A stretch of DNA of 64,000 nucleotides from the human T2T-CHM13v2.0 reference genome, Homo sapiens, in assembly GCF_009914755.1 (NCBI RefSeq), contig NC_060925.1. One strand, given 5' to 3'. Every line of letters begins with the position of its first letter. Position 1 is the stretch's first letter. The translations under genes and the position numbers were made by a program. This document shows positions 28,531 through 42,600 of this stretch, piece after piece. Under the pieces are notes generated by a model, which did not search any database, was not told where the DNA came from, and saw nothing but the letters and a program-made list of their open reading frames with translations.

Positions 28531-31409
28531 TATAAAAAATGTGATAAAGTAAGTGTAGAAAAATGATAATTTGGGAGGATTATTATGCTGTTCTCTCTAC
28601 TTCTGCATATGTTTGAAATCTCTTATAATAAACATTTTAAACAAAAGTATAGAGCAAGATTAAGTTACTGAGAAAGCCCAATACCAGAGAGGAAGAACAG
28701 AGAGTAGCATTGGGACACACATGAAAGAACATATGAAAAGACTGTGTGTTCAGGGATGCAGTAAGAAATCTAGAAGAAATAAGGCCTTGTTTGGTGACTA
28801 TAAAAGTTGCAGCAAAGGAGGGGGTGAAGTTGTCTCCTGACCGTGGAAGAAATAGTAAGTTGGGGCTGGGGTTTGAAGAGAGAAAGAAGATTTGGCACGA
28901 TCATGGCAGATAACACCAGAGAATAGATAGTGGAGGAAAATCACGACTCAGAAGCAGCAAGATTGCATGGTTTTACAGAAGCCTTGGTCAGAAATTCTGA
29001 GCTCTCACCAAATTCCTAAGACCCGTATTGTTTCTGGCCATAAAGGCCAAACCTCCTTTGGGCAATGGGTGGCTTTTTCTGTTCCTATCTACCAGGGTCC
29101 TTCAGATTTTTTTCTTCCCAGGCAGACTCTATCTAAAACCCCATTGCAGTCCTCTGCCACAAGCATCCAGAACTCAAAGGAATAGTGCCTCATACACTAT
29201 GGAAATTTCTCAAGACCCTTGAGTGATTACAGTAGTCCAAGAAGTGCTCACCCTACAGTGATCTTCACTATTCAGAGAAATTAAAAACTCCGTCCTCCTT
29301 ACCCTTGAGGAGGATTTTGAGGTGAGAGGACTGGGGAGGGGCACACAGGCTGAGGGGTTTCCCCTGGGGGAAGGAGGAGATGCAGGGCAAGAAGAGAAGA
29401 AGTCCTGGCACCCTGCACTTGAGGGCCTGGCACACAGCCATCCAGGGAAACTGCCATTTCCCTGTTTCTGTTCATTGCTCCATGGCCCCTGGCATCATGG
29501 AAATTTCCAGCACTTGTGGAAATTCTCCAGGAATGTGAAACTGCAAAAGTTCTATCTATGCTGAGCCAAGGGACACTTCCTAGCTATCTGAAGAATTTGC
29601 TAATTAAATGACTAATGTCAACTAGATTCCCAGGGAATAATTTATATACATATGAGGGGAAAAAGCCACTCTTAACACACCACAGCATCTATAAAAGACT
29701 TTGCATTGTGCCTAGCACACAGCAAGGGCTCAAAAATATTAGTCCTCTTGTACTCTGAATTTAGTGACTGAAAGAGGGCATGGGTGGAGCTTCTGGAGGT
29801 CTGGGAATATCCTGCCCCTTGACTTGGGTTCTGGTTATATAGGTGTGTTCAGTTTGTAAAAAATCATCAAGCCATATACACATACTCTCCACATTTTTCC
29901 TTACTTACGTTATGTTTAAATCAAAACTTGCCAAAGCTTTTTTTAATGTTGCTTGTTACAAGTGAATGTTCTAGTCATTAGATTAGGGCCACCTCTACTT
30001 TAGTTAACTAAACCATTTACTTGCATGACTTAAATTATAATGTCTTTTCAAATATTGAGTAATTTGAAATTCCTCTCACTGTAGATATGTTCACAAAATT
30101 AGAATTGATGAAGATTCTCCAAGCTTAAAACAATGTATATTTGTTGAAATGTTGAATGAATGACTCTTCTCTTTTCCACATTTCTCTTTGTAGCCAACAT
30201 TTTTCAGGAACTCCTTTAGCAAGTGTAGAAAGAAAGGCAAGAAAGAAAAGGCACTACTATATATTATAACAATACCTTATATTTCTCTTCTTATAATACA
30301 TCATAAATTTAATCATATAATTATTTGTCAAATTTGTGTAAGTATTTGCTCAACATCTGTCTCTCTTGTTAGATTGTATGTGTCATGAAAGCCAGGGACA
30401 TGCTCTTATACTCATCATTATATTCCCAGCACCTAGCAAGGTGACAAGTGTTGCATGAGTGGATAAATAAATGAATAATTGAGTGGATTAATGAATGAGA
30501 AATCCAATGTTAGTTTTAGTTGGGTGAAAACTTAGAGGATACATTGAATAAACCCTGGATAAGACATAAACCTGTACCCCTATTGTCATAAAGAATCAAT
30601 GAGAATACAGAGGGAAAAAAAGTCTTTCAAGGAGGCACTCAAGTTCTTTATTGTATAAATTGTTCAAATAAATGTCAGGTTGGTTTGTCCTTATTTTTGT
30701 TGTATAGGACTTTTTAATGTGAGTACTTGAAACACTGGTTTCCCTCATTTTAAGTATATTAGAGAATCTTCACATTTATACAAAAGAAACCTTATGATAA
30801 GGTCATAAAGGACCCAAGGGAATAATAAATGAAATATAAAGTCAAAGTTGTCTTATTAATAATAAAAAAAAAAACAAGAAATAGCCTATGCCAACGAGAG
30901 AGAAAGTACACTGGTAAGCACAAAACAAAGAGAGGAGAAAAACATTATGTCAAATGATTCAGGCACCAGGAAAGAAAACATTTTAATAAGAGATGAAAGA
31001 GCTGGGAGGAAAAATTATGCCTTTAGCTGCTTGGATATGAGTGTGGGGTTAGAGGGACTAAGGGGTCTAGCTAGAAAGACATGTCCATGTGCAGAGCTGG
31101 GCAAAGGCAGATCTTGAAGAAGAGGGAGTCTGCCTTAGACTCTCCCCAGTGTTCCAAGACAAGGCTTCTTTGTCCATTTCAGGACATGCTTACAGCATCC
31201 TCACCCACACGAAATGCCGACTGTCCTCTCGCTGCCGGCTCTCTGCCCTGACCTCCCCACAGAGCTGAACAGAGTTGTATTTTAATCAGCCCTCCTCCCT
31301 AGGTAATATATGTTACTTCTGGGCTTTTTCTCCTTTCAGTCCTCTGTCAAAACAGTACAACCGTATATCCAAGCTCTGCTCTCCCCTTAAAATTTATTTC
31401 ATAGTATTC

Positions 31410-31890
31410 ATTTTATTCAATAACAACTTTATTGATATTAATTCACATACAATGCCATTCACCCATTTAAAGTGTACAATTCAATAGTTTTTAGTATATT
31501 CACAGAATTATGCAATCATCACCACAACCAATTTAGAACATTTTCATCATCCCAAAAAGAAACTCCATACCCATTAGCAGTCATCCCCAACCCTCAGGCC
31601 TAGGCAACCACTACTCTACTTTCTGCCTCTATTGATTTTGCCTCTCATGGACATTTCATAGGACTGGAATCATACAACATGCAGTCTTTTATGGTTGGCT
31701 TCTTTCACTTAGTGTAATGTTTTCAAGGTTCATTCATGTTGTACCACGTATCTGTATTTCTGAATTATATTCTATTGTATGAAGATACTACATTTTATTT
31801 AGCAGTTCATTCAATGGTAGCCATTTGATTTATTTCCACTTTTTGACCATTGGGAATAATGCTGCTATGATCATTCATATAGTGTTTTCT
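31410..31890 (-). mobile_element. L1MB-like 3' end
   Basis: aacaactttattgatat...ttcacccatttaaagtgtacaattcaat...ggacatttcat...aataatgctgctatga. Confidence 0.85.
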
Positions 31891-32334
31891 TATAGGATGC
31901 TAAAACTGGAATGAAGCTTCGCAGTTGTCGGCTCTCATCCCCATGCAACTCATGACTTTCTTCTACTACATCCCTAAATGTTTATGTTTAGCCTCATTTG
32001 AACAACTCCAAAAACAGAAAATAAACTATTGCCCGAAGAATTCTATTCCAGGATTAGACTTTTATGGTAATCAAAACATTTTTTTCCTTAGATTCTGTCT
32101 GCCTCTAACTTCCTAGCTTAGACTCTAGCTTAGTCTTTGGGGGCCAGAGCAGTTTACTTCCTTTCCCATACAACATCACGGAATATTTTAATCTATTATT
32201 TTCCCCTTGACTTTTTACTAGACTCTCCACTAAGAAGACTAGACTACATGATTTGAGATTGGTTTCCACTTTAAAATTCTGTGAAGGTGACCACCACATA
32301 TGTTTTGAAATTTATCCACATGATGAATTGGATA

Positions 32335-32860
32335 TGTGTTGGTTTTTACCCCAGCATACCCATATTTTCCTTTGGGAAATACCTATACAGTTTGGTTTAC
32401 ATGGAACCCACTCTCAGCTCCAGGAGTGAACCCCAAATGGCTTCTTAATTAAGTCAATCAGTAAATCTTTTTTCCCATGGCTCTAATGATGGTTCAGAGG
32501 GAGGAGGAGAAACATATGACTTAAGCCAATCCAATATGAGTGAATGTTGCCACTTTTGCTGTAAATAATGGGACACAGACTGTCCTCTTCTGTGCTTGAT
32601 GGTGTGAGGATATGAAATTTGGGAAAACTGTCAGAGAACCTGTGTGAAACTTGAACCTGAGGATAAGACTCACACAAGTGGAAACAGAGTGGAGAAATGT
32701 ATCCTGGTGATATCATTTGGGTTCTGAATCAGTACATACCTGCAGCAATAGTTACCCCAGGGACTCTTCAATTTCTCGAGCCAATAATACCTTTTTATAA
32801 AACTTGTGTAGCCTGCTTGGGTCAGGTTTTTGTCACTTGTGACTAAAAAATTCCTGATGC
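32335..32860 (+). mobile_element. Old MaLR LTR (MLT1K/L-like)
   Basis: tcctggtgatatcatttgggttctgaatcag..., gagccaataa..., gggtcaggtttttgtcacttg 3' motifs. Confidence 0.65.
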
Positions 32861-33852
32861 TTATATCTTGGTTGAGGATTTATCCTACTGATTCTACTAC
32901 ATGTTAAAGTGTGATAACCAAAATTGATTGTAGTCCTCCAGGAACTTAATACAGCCCCATAGAGCAAGTTCTCTTCTTCTTTACTTTAGTAACCCACATC
33001 ACACTGTTGACTGATATTGCATTTTGATCAGTGCCTTACACATAGTAGATGCTAAATAAATGACAACAGTTGTAATTCTCTACCCCTTTTTCTGAACTGA
33101 AAAACAGAGTTCCAATATGCCTGTTCAGAGACAAGAGCTGAAATATTGGGCTCCGTCTGAGGTATTATATGATAATCAGGAGTACAGTCAAAAGAGATAG
33201 TCCAAGGTGATTAAAGGGTCACATGACACAGCAAGCGGATGATGTAGAAAGAAGGTGTTAGCATAAGACTGGACCCTATTTTCTGCACCATATTATAACC
33301 AGTAACTATCATTGATCACTCAGTACACTCAATTTTGTGCCATCACTACTTCAATTCTAGATGCCTGGTATTTAAGTCCCAGGTTGAACCTCACTGAACT
33401 GATGGTTTCCTCTGATGTTATTAATATATCTAGAAGGAGGACACTTCCACAGCCTTTTTCCAACTCCAACTCAAATCCAGCATCTAATGAACATGGCTTT
33501 CTACCACTTATTGCAAGTGCTGCTGACACTGCTTTTTTTTTAATCCATCTGCTGCTCTCCTGCATCTTTGTTTCTTGGTATTTTTCTACAATTATTCATT
33601 GCATCATACTACTAAGAGAATTTCTTTCTCCATCTCCTCAAGAAATCCAAGACTTTATTTTTGTCAGTTGCACTTTACATACTGTGTTAATCTGTACCAG
33701 CTAAAGGTTTCCCAGTTTTACACTTAGCTATTGGCTGGAGTTAGCCTGGGATTTTTTTCCTACCCTTCTAGGTAAAGACGGGTTCTCAAACCTAAACTTT
33801 CTTTGAGGTCTCTTGCTCCTATAGATGGTTTCAGGCTCCCTGATTCTCCAAG

Positions 33853-34900
<1,048 letters not shown>

Positions 34901-35479
34901 AATTTAAAATAGATTTTTAACTAAAATCTAAAATAGATTTTTAGTTCAGGAGTCAGAGATGTGAGTAGATAGTGTTTGGGGATCCCCTCTCTGGTTCTTT
35001 CCCTTTCAGAATTTTTTCACTATCTTTAGTGTTTATGGTTTCCTGACTTCACTTTTTTACTCCTCAGGCCTGAAAGATTGCAAGTTGGTCATATGTGCTG
35101 CTGGTACATGGGCACTGGACTTAGTCCCAGTCAAAAGCCCTGAGACAGGAACTTATTTGTTCCTGTCTTATATAACATATTTGTTCTATAGTCTTCCCTC
35201 TCCAAGCACATCTGAACACCAGAGTCTGTATGCTCCTTATGGCCAGGTTTTGCAGTGGTTTTCTGCATGGATAGAAGAAGTGTGGGGTAGTCATTCAGTA
35301 GGGTTTTAGTTCATCATACCTGGAAATAGAGCCCAATTTTGTTTTAGAATGTCAACATTTATGATAGGCTGGGAATTATATCTTCTGCCAACATTTAGAC
35401 TAATGAAGAAAAGGTTTAGATATCAATTTTGTAATGTATATAAAGGTACTTTTTGTTCAGAATTACCTGAGGCGTATTA

Positions 35480-36030
35480 TATCAGAAACCTCTTATGGGC
35501 CATTTCAGATCCTCTCAGCCTCTCTCAACTCTTGGTCCAGCTACCATTACCAGCTCTGCCTGGGTTCTGACCAATTTCATACAGGTGAAATCTGACAGTG
35601 TTTCATTGTGTGACTGTAACCAAGTGCCTCTTGCATCCCATCTTGTTGACAACAAGGCATGGGAATGTCGTAGGACCCAAGATGGAGCCCACATATGCAT
35701 GATGCAGATTTGGGGGAAGTTAATTCTCTGTAGGACGAAACTTTGACAGATTTGAAATGGAAGCCAGTAAATAAAGTTACTTTCTCCCCTGAGAACCACT
35801 GTCCTACAATGCAGTCATCTGACTTTGCAGAGCCAGTCCAACAGAAGCAAGCAAGCAATTGTCCTTAGTAGAAGCCAACTGAATAATGCATTGACTTGTT
35901 GGTTTCCCATCTTCCCTGGCTCACACTCTTTTTCCAACACTCTTTTTTCCTCAGGATGACAACTGATATAGTAGCAGTACAGAAGCCCTTTGCCTCAGGT
36001 TCTCTTTTCTGGGACACCCAGGTTAAAAGA
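35480..36030 (+). mobile_element. Possible old ERVL-class LTR (LTR40-like)
   Basis: 3' end ctttgcctcaggttctcttttctgggacacccaggttaaaa resembles ERVL LTR termini; 5' boundary uncertain. Confidence 0.4.
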
Positions 36031-36479
36031 GAAGTACAAGAATTCCACTGCTGTCCTATGGACACAGATTCAATAACCCACTTATCACATCTGATTCCTT
36101 GTCTGCTGACCTCTCCTGGGCACTGTGACCTATGGTAATTTAACCAGCCCAGGCTTGCACTTCTGTCGAAACTCACTCAAGTTTCAATGATCCACTTTGT
36201 TCCTCAGGAGGGATTTGATATCCAACCTGTGACTTTGCAGGAAACAGAATATATTCCAGGCCCAGAATTGCTAGAAGGACTACTCCCTAAAGAAATAGTA
36301 GACCCTGGAACTCTGACACTTCAGTCTTTCTTTTTTCTCCTTTTCAAAAGTGTTCCACTTCTATCTTACTTATGGGGCAAAGAATAAAGCAACTCTGGTA
36401 AACATACCAAAAAAGGCAGCTGGCATTCAAACTACACCTTCCATCAGACAAGCTCTTCTTAATACTTCAGCAATTTTCT

Positions 36480-37070
36480 GTTCTTGATCGTGTGAGTTTA
36501 AATAGCTATGTTCAGCTATCATGTTGATGGGACAAAGAAAAGGACTAGAACCAATGAGTGAACACTAAGCAGAAGCAAACTGTACCCCAGTATAAAGAAA
36601 AACTTCCTAACAATTGGTGGAGTTAAACTAGTAGAGCACACAGAATGACTGCCCTACAGAAGAGTAAAAGCCCTGTCTCTGGAGGTCTCAGTGCAGAGGC
36701 TATATAACCACCTGTTTGAAACATTGATGTTCAAGTTTGAGCCCCTAGCAATTCTAATTCTATAGTTTGAAATTGCCTGAGAATTTGCATTTCAGCAAGT
36801 TTCCAGGTGATGCTAACAATGCTGGTTCAAGGACCACACTTTGAGAACTACTGTTGGGATGTTCTGTAAGGTAACCCCCAAACTGAGAGACAGGAGAGAG
36901 TAACCATTAAGACAAAAAGCTTTAAAGTCAAATTAGACCTGGGTTTGAATCTCAGTTTGGTCATATACTAGCTGTGGAATTAGGCATGCTATTAACCCTC
37001 CCTAAGCCTGCTTCCTCATCTGTATAATTTGAATATAGACACAACTTACTTCATAGGGGAATAAGGTGGG
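36480..37070 (+). mobile_element. Cluster of L3/CR1, MER5A and MIR fragments
   Basis: L3-like aagaaaaacttcctaacaatt; MER5A half gaatttgcatttc...ggaccacactttgagaactactg (~36775-36853); MIR agacctgggtttgaatctcag (~36915-37065). Confidence 0.65.
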
Positions 37071-39071
37071 GAACAAATATATCCAAATCAAGGTAGCCAT
37101 TAATATTAGCCTTCGTCACCTGCAAGGAGCCATAATGTGCCCTCATACGTGGCAATCATTATCTAATTATCATCACCCTAGGAATAAAGGACCTTTCCTT
37201 TTCAGGGTAAGAACACCCATATCCAAAGTAGAAGCAGGACCACCAATCCACAGCAAGAATCTATACCACATATGCCAAGAAATAATATTGGGCAGCATTA
37301 CTTTCCCAGGAACATTATATTAGCAAGTAAACATCACCACAATTAAACTAACTTTCTGGAGAACCATGGCTTCTTCTTTGCTAGCTAATACCATAACCAA
37401 AAATCACCTCTCTACTCAAGAAAGTCAATATTAGCCACTAAAAAGGAATCATTGTAACCAAACGGGGTTTTCTAAAAAAAAAAAAAAAAAAAAATTTAGG
37501 TACTATATCAAGATACTGCACAAACCAAAATTTTCCTTTGGAGCGGAATAATTCAATGAAATCATTCTACATTTGACATCACTGGGCATTCCAGGCAGTC
37601 CTGGGAGCCTAAACACATCTCTTTTCACTGTAGAGGAAAACTTCAACAAATTGAATTTTTCAATCATATCCTTTAAGTGTCTTTGTCTACTAAATTTCCA
37701 TGCCAGTCTTTCGAAGCAGGAGAAGTGAATTGAAGATTCATTTCCCACACAAGTGTCTCATCAACAGCATGAAGGCAATCCCCTGTGAACCCAAAGAGGT
37801 CATTTGACTCATATTCTAGGTTTCAATAAACCAGAGCATTTGGAGAGGTAAGGCCTCAAGGGACATAGAAAACAAAAATGAAAAACAAAAGCTGGCTCCA
37901 TAAAAAATAAGACCGAGCAATACAGGTCAACTCTTACCTTACAGTTTCTTGCTGAAGCACACAGACTGGAATTCTTCTCTTCCATGGAGTCCTCCCCATT
38001 CCTGTGGGGTTCTGGCAGCTGACAGAAGCCTTCTCCAAGACATTATCTCCAGGGAGATGGAGAAGGTTCTGGGAACTATTAATGCCTGAGAGACTGACTC
38101 CTGCTACTTTCAAAGGCAATTCGGCCAAGAACAGGGAAATCCGGCATCCATTGATCAAACACTGCTTGTGCACTAACCATTTGTCAGACATGATGGCAGG
38201 AACCTGTGATCTGAGGAGGAAACAGTCCCTGGCCCTGCCTTCAGGAGGCCCAATTATGCATAGAAGCTTCTAAAGCACATTTGGTTCCCAGAGGCATCAG
38301 TTAGGGAGATGGAGGGTTCTGTGTGTCTTTTTAGAAGATACTGGGAAGCCTGAGAGGTGACCTCCCAGGCTCCACACAGCTCTCTCACTGATTTCCAGCA
38401 CAACAGAGGTAAAAACAGCAGCAATAGCCACTCCAGTTTCTCCCTTAGGGCCTTGAAGAACGACAGCTACCTGGAGATTTCTCTTCAGGTGGCACCTAAG
38501 GTGGAGCCGCCCAGCCCTGCACATCCTAGGGAACTAGTCACCTAGGAGACAGCATGAAAGGGGCCAGCAAATTGGGTCTTTAATAACCTGTGGGTATTTC
38601 CACTTCACAAAACTTAGAGGCCAGAGGAGCAAGTGAACATAATATCTCACATATATCTAACACTGTGTACTTTACCAAAGGCCTCTGTGCCCAACTAAAG
38701 AAATATTTATGAAGCATTTAACAGAAGTCAAGTAATGTGCTGGCACTTTCGGATCTATTACTTTGTTATAAATTTGATACTCACCCTGTTGGCTAATTAT
38801 TATCAGAACTGAATCAGAGAAATTATGAGTTTGATACAAGTTCAAATTTCTCAAAAGCGGCAGCAGAATTAAATATTCTGGCTCTATTAAATCTCCTTTG
38901 TTCATTGTGTTGCCTCCAAGCCCCTTGCCCACAGGCGGCCTAAGAGGTGAACATCGCTTTAGAGTAAATGTCATTAATAGTTTGAATCTCATACTACAGC
39001 CTGAAGAAATGGTGAGGGGAGCTAACATTGACTAAGCACCTCGTGTGTGCTGAGCCCTTTCATATGCTACC

Positions 39072-39458
39072 TGCCATGGGCTGAACTGTGAGCCCTCCAT
39101 CTCTGTACGTGGACGCTCTGATGCCCAGTAACTGGGAATGTGACTGTATTTGGAGATGGGGCCTTTAAAGAAGTAATTAAGTAAAATGCAGCCATATGGG
39201 TGGGCCCTAATCCAATATGACTGGTGTCCTTATAAGATTAGGACATAGACAACACACAGTCCGAGGAGCAGCCATGTGAGGACACAGTGAGAAAGTGGAC
39301 TTATGCAACCTGAGGAGAGAGGCCTCAGAAGACATCACACCTGCCAACACTTTGTTTCTTGGGCTCCCAGCCCCCAGAACTATGAGAATATAAATTTCTG
39401 TTGCTGAAGCCACCCAGTCTGTGGTATTTTGTTATGGTAGCCCTGGCAAACGAATATA
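39072..39458 (+). mobile_element. MaLR solo LTR (MLT1A/B-like) inserted in a MIR
   Basis: gaatgtgactgtatttggagat...gggccctaatccaatatgactggtgtccttataaga...agccacccagtctgtggtattttgttatgg. TSD ctacc / ttacc. Confidence 0.9.
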
Positions 39459-42099
39459 TTACCTCATTTTATTTTTATAGTATCTCTATAAAAATAGGCA
39501 TAATGTCCATGTTCAAGATGATTGACCAGAAGCTTAGAAAGGTAAAGTAACTTTACAAAGGTCACAGAGCCAGGAAACAGGAAAGCCAAAACCTAATTCT
39601 AAATTCTCTTTTTTTACACCCTACCTGGCCTCTCAGACCACACTCCATTCTAGCCCAGAAACTTCCCTTGTGCCTTATTCCAAAACCCCTGGCATAGACA
39701 TTCCCCTGAGAATGTCAACATTCCCAGAGAGCATCACACAGGAGCCTGTGCCGAGAATTTCGAAGACTCTAGACTGGGCAGGCTGCTTGAGTAAGATGAG
39801 ATGCCATGCTAACTGCAATACTTCTAGAAAGGCAAGGAGGAGACAGACTTCTCAGCCCTTCTTTGAACCACAGGCTTTTAAGTTAAGGAATTTCTCACGT
39901 CTTTCTTTTGAGGAGAGTTTACCACATTTTCTGGGTTCATAAGACTCAACTGATAATTGTGATTTTTAGCTGGAAAATCTCCCAGATAGCTCTTTGCATA
40001 TCTGCTTGCTACCTAATCAACATTAGTATGGCTGCTGAAAATACTCAATTTGCAAGTTACATGATCCAAATGTGCAAAATAATAACAATAATAACTTTCT
40101 TTACTCTTCTGTAACTCAACTTCTGTTTTATGCACCAATTCTGCCTATTGGCAGAAACTTGATCACGTCCCCTGAGGTAAAAACACTGGTCACTTCAAAT
40201 TTAAACATGATCATTTCCATATTCCGCTCCCCCATCTTCCTCACCCTTAGGTGGCATCTACATTCTAGGGGTCTGCATGGCATGATGGCCTGGGACACAT
40301 GGGACCTCTGCTTGTTGGCAGCCATCCATGCTACCCTCATTCATTCATGGACACCTGTCCCCACCAGCACTTGCTGGAAAATCTAAGACTCTTGGATTTT
40401 AGCCCTTGGTGCATCTGGGTCTCTCTGTTTCTGCCTCATCCAGGTTTCAAAGTATACAGCCCATCACTTGGTTAACTTTGAGCCCTTCTTAACCACCCAG
40501 GAGATTATTTGGGCCCTTCCTCCTGATGTGCCATCGAGACAGGAGGAGGGAGACTCAGAAGGGCTGTATCTCCCCAGCTACCAAGACCCATACAGCCCTC
40601 TCTCTCCCTCTACTCTACCTCCAGAGGCATGGTGGCCACCTCCTACAGCAAAAGGTGGCCTTGGCTCTCAGATTCCTAGCGCCTCACGTCGTTTCATCCC
40701 AGAGTGGGAGGCCAGACTCAGAGGCCCCTTCCACAGCCACCGAACTTGGCTCTGGGGTCTCCTGTTCCCATCTAACTAACTCTCCTCTCTCCCCACCCAG
40801 CCACCCTGAACTGGTCTCTGAGGGAGCAGGGCTTTTGCTGGCTCAGCATTTCTCTATCTGCTGGTTTCAAACAGATTATTAAAAGGGATTTGACTCTTGC
40901 AAATCAAAACCTCAGCTCTTAAGATAACTGTTTCTGCTTCAAGTTTAAGAATATCTAAGCCCTGATTCCTACCTCAGAAATGGACGTAATTATACCTACT
41001 TTACAGGAAAATTATAAGAATAAAGCAATCTATTTTGGAATACGAAAGCCAGGAATGTAACTCATTACTGTCAATAGGTGGACACCTCAACTGATACAAT
41101 CTCAACTGTTGAAATCTCACCTGATACAATCAGGTTACTAAATGAATAGAGGGTAAGTTCAAGGATGGCAAGGGATTGCAAAAAGAGAAAAATGCTCAAT
41201 TATTTTCTCTAAATATTATCCCCACTCTATTAGATTTCTCTGTCACTTGTGGAGTGGGAGATTATTTTCAGCCGTCTTCTCCCTGCTAAACCAGATACCT
41301 GCTTAGAGTGCAACACCTTTGTTTAACAGTTGCACACTTTGCCCAGAGACCCACAGGTCTCCCTTGATTCATTCAGGTTTCTGCTCAAATGTCCCTGTTT
41401 CAGTGAGGCCATCCCTGATCCCCTCTCCCAAAAAGCAATGGACTTTGACTGCTTTGCTCAATGTCAAATATTCAGTGACTGGAACACTACCCTGCATGCA
41501 ACAGACACTCTATAAGAATTAATTAAAGGAAGAAAGTAGGAAGAAAAGGAGGCAGAGAAAAGCCAGGCTGGCTATCACCCTGACTCCCTGGCATCTCAAA
41601 CCTCACAATGCACTAGCTATGGGACCCACAGAGTCTTGAAAGGGTGCTTCCCAAAGTTCCTGTGTCCTTCTTCTCCCTTTCTCCTACTCCTGCTGCAAAC
41701 AGCACAGTTCTCAAAACAGCAGCCATGGCCCTTCCCTAAATGGCTTTCTCAGAGCGTTTCACCCTACAGAGAGAGCCTGGTGCTCTCTACACTTCTCAAC
41801 CCAGAGGTCACTGGGCAGGATTACCCCAAACCTGTCTCTCTTCTGCCTCCCCAGAATAAAGCAAACAGAAACATGTGGAGCCAGGAACTGGGGTCATCGA
41901 GGGATGCAACATTTTACTTTCTTGTGGCAGGCTGCTCCCCACCTTGAAGTCTGCATGCTGGCCCAGAGCCAGAGGAAGTAAAGCCCCAGCACTCGACCAT
42001 GCAGGGACAGCCAACTGCCCTGCCAAGAGGCCAGCTCGTCCTGGGGCTCCCTTGCACACCAGGCTCCAGCTACTGCCCCACATCCTTTCATCTTCCATT

Positions 42100-42600
42100 C
42101 TCACTGGGCTTTTGTACACATGGCCTCATCTCCCTAGAATGTCCTTGCCAACCTCATTTGCCTGGCCAACTTTTCCTCCCTTCCAGGACTCAACCCAAAT
42201 ATCAAACTTCCCGGACATCCACCTCCTCCTTAGTCTGAACTGGTCCTCCATCCTCTCGTAACCCCTGTATTCTGCTATATCCTTAGTTATCACTGTGCAC
42301 TGTAACTGTAACCTGCCTCCCCCACTTGCAAATGAGGCTATTGAAAAATAAAAGCTATGTCTTATTTCTTGTGTATCTCCTGTCCCTAACCCCAAGTCTG
42401 ACACACAAAGACATAGTGCAAATAAATGAATGTCTGGTCATTCATTTATTCATTCCACAAATATTGGACCAGGCACTGTACTTGGTGCCGAGGGTACAAG
42501 AGTAAAAAGGGCTGAGAGTATGAATCTGTCACCTCAAGGAGTCTGTATCCTAATAGGGGTGAGACAGACAATACCAAGTAGATAAATAATTGTAGATAAT
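42100..42600. mobile_element. Two L2 fragments tail-to-tail (+ ~42100-42432; - ~42439-42600)
   Basis: L2 body ending aataaatgaatg, then an antisense L2 3' end cattcatttattcattccacaaatatt...ccaggcactgta. Confidence 0.7.

Larger units (their letters stand above)
27750..28645 (+). mobile_element. Old L1 (L1MC/L1ME-like) 3' region interrupted by Tigger and (GAA)n
   Basis: ggacattttacagaac..., gacataacaaccaaatg, and ttctctctacttctgcatatgtttgaaatctcttataataa 3'UTR-type motifs. Confidence 0.6.

Noticed and set aside
38672-39028. 118-aa ORF as a real host protein
   Set aside because: No recognisable homology and a non-ATG start; kept only as a speculative exon.
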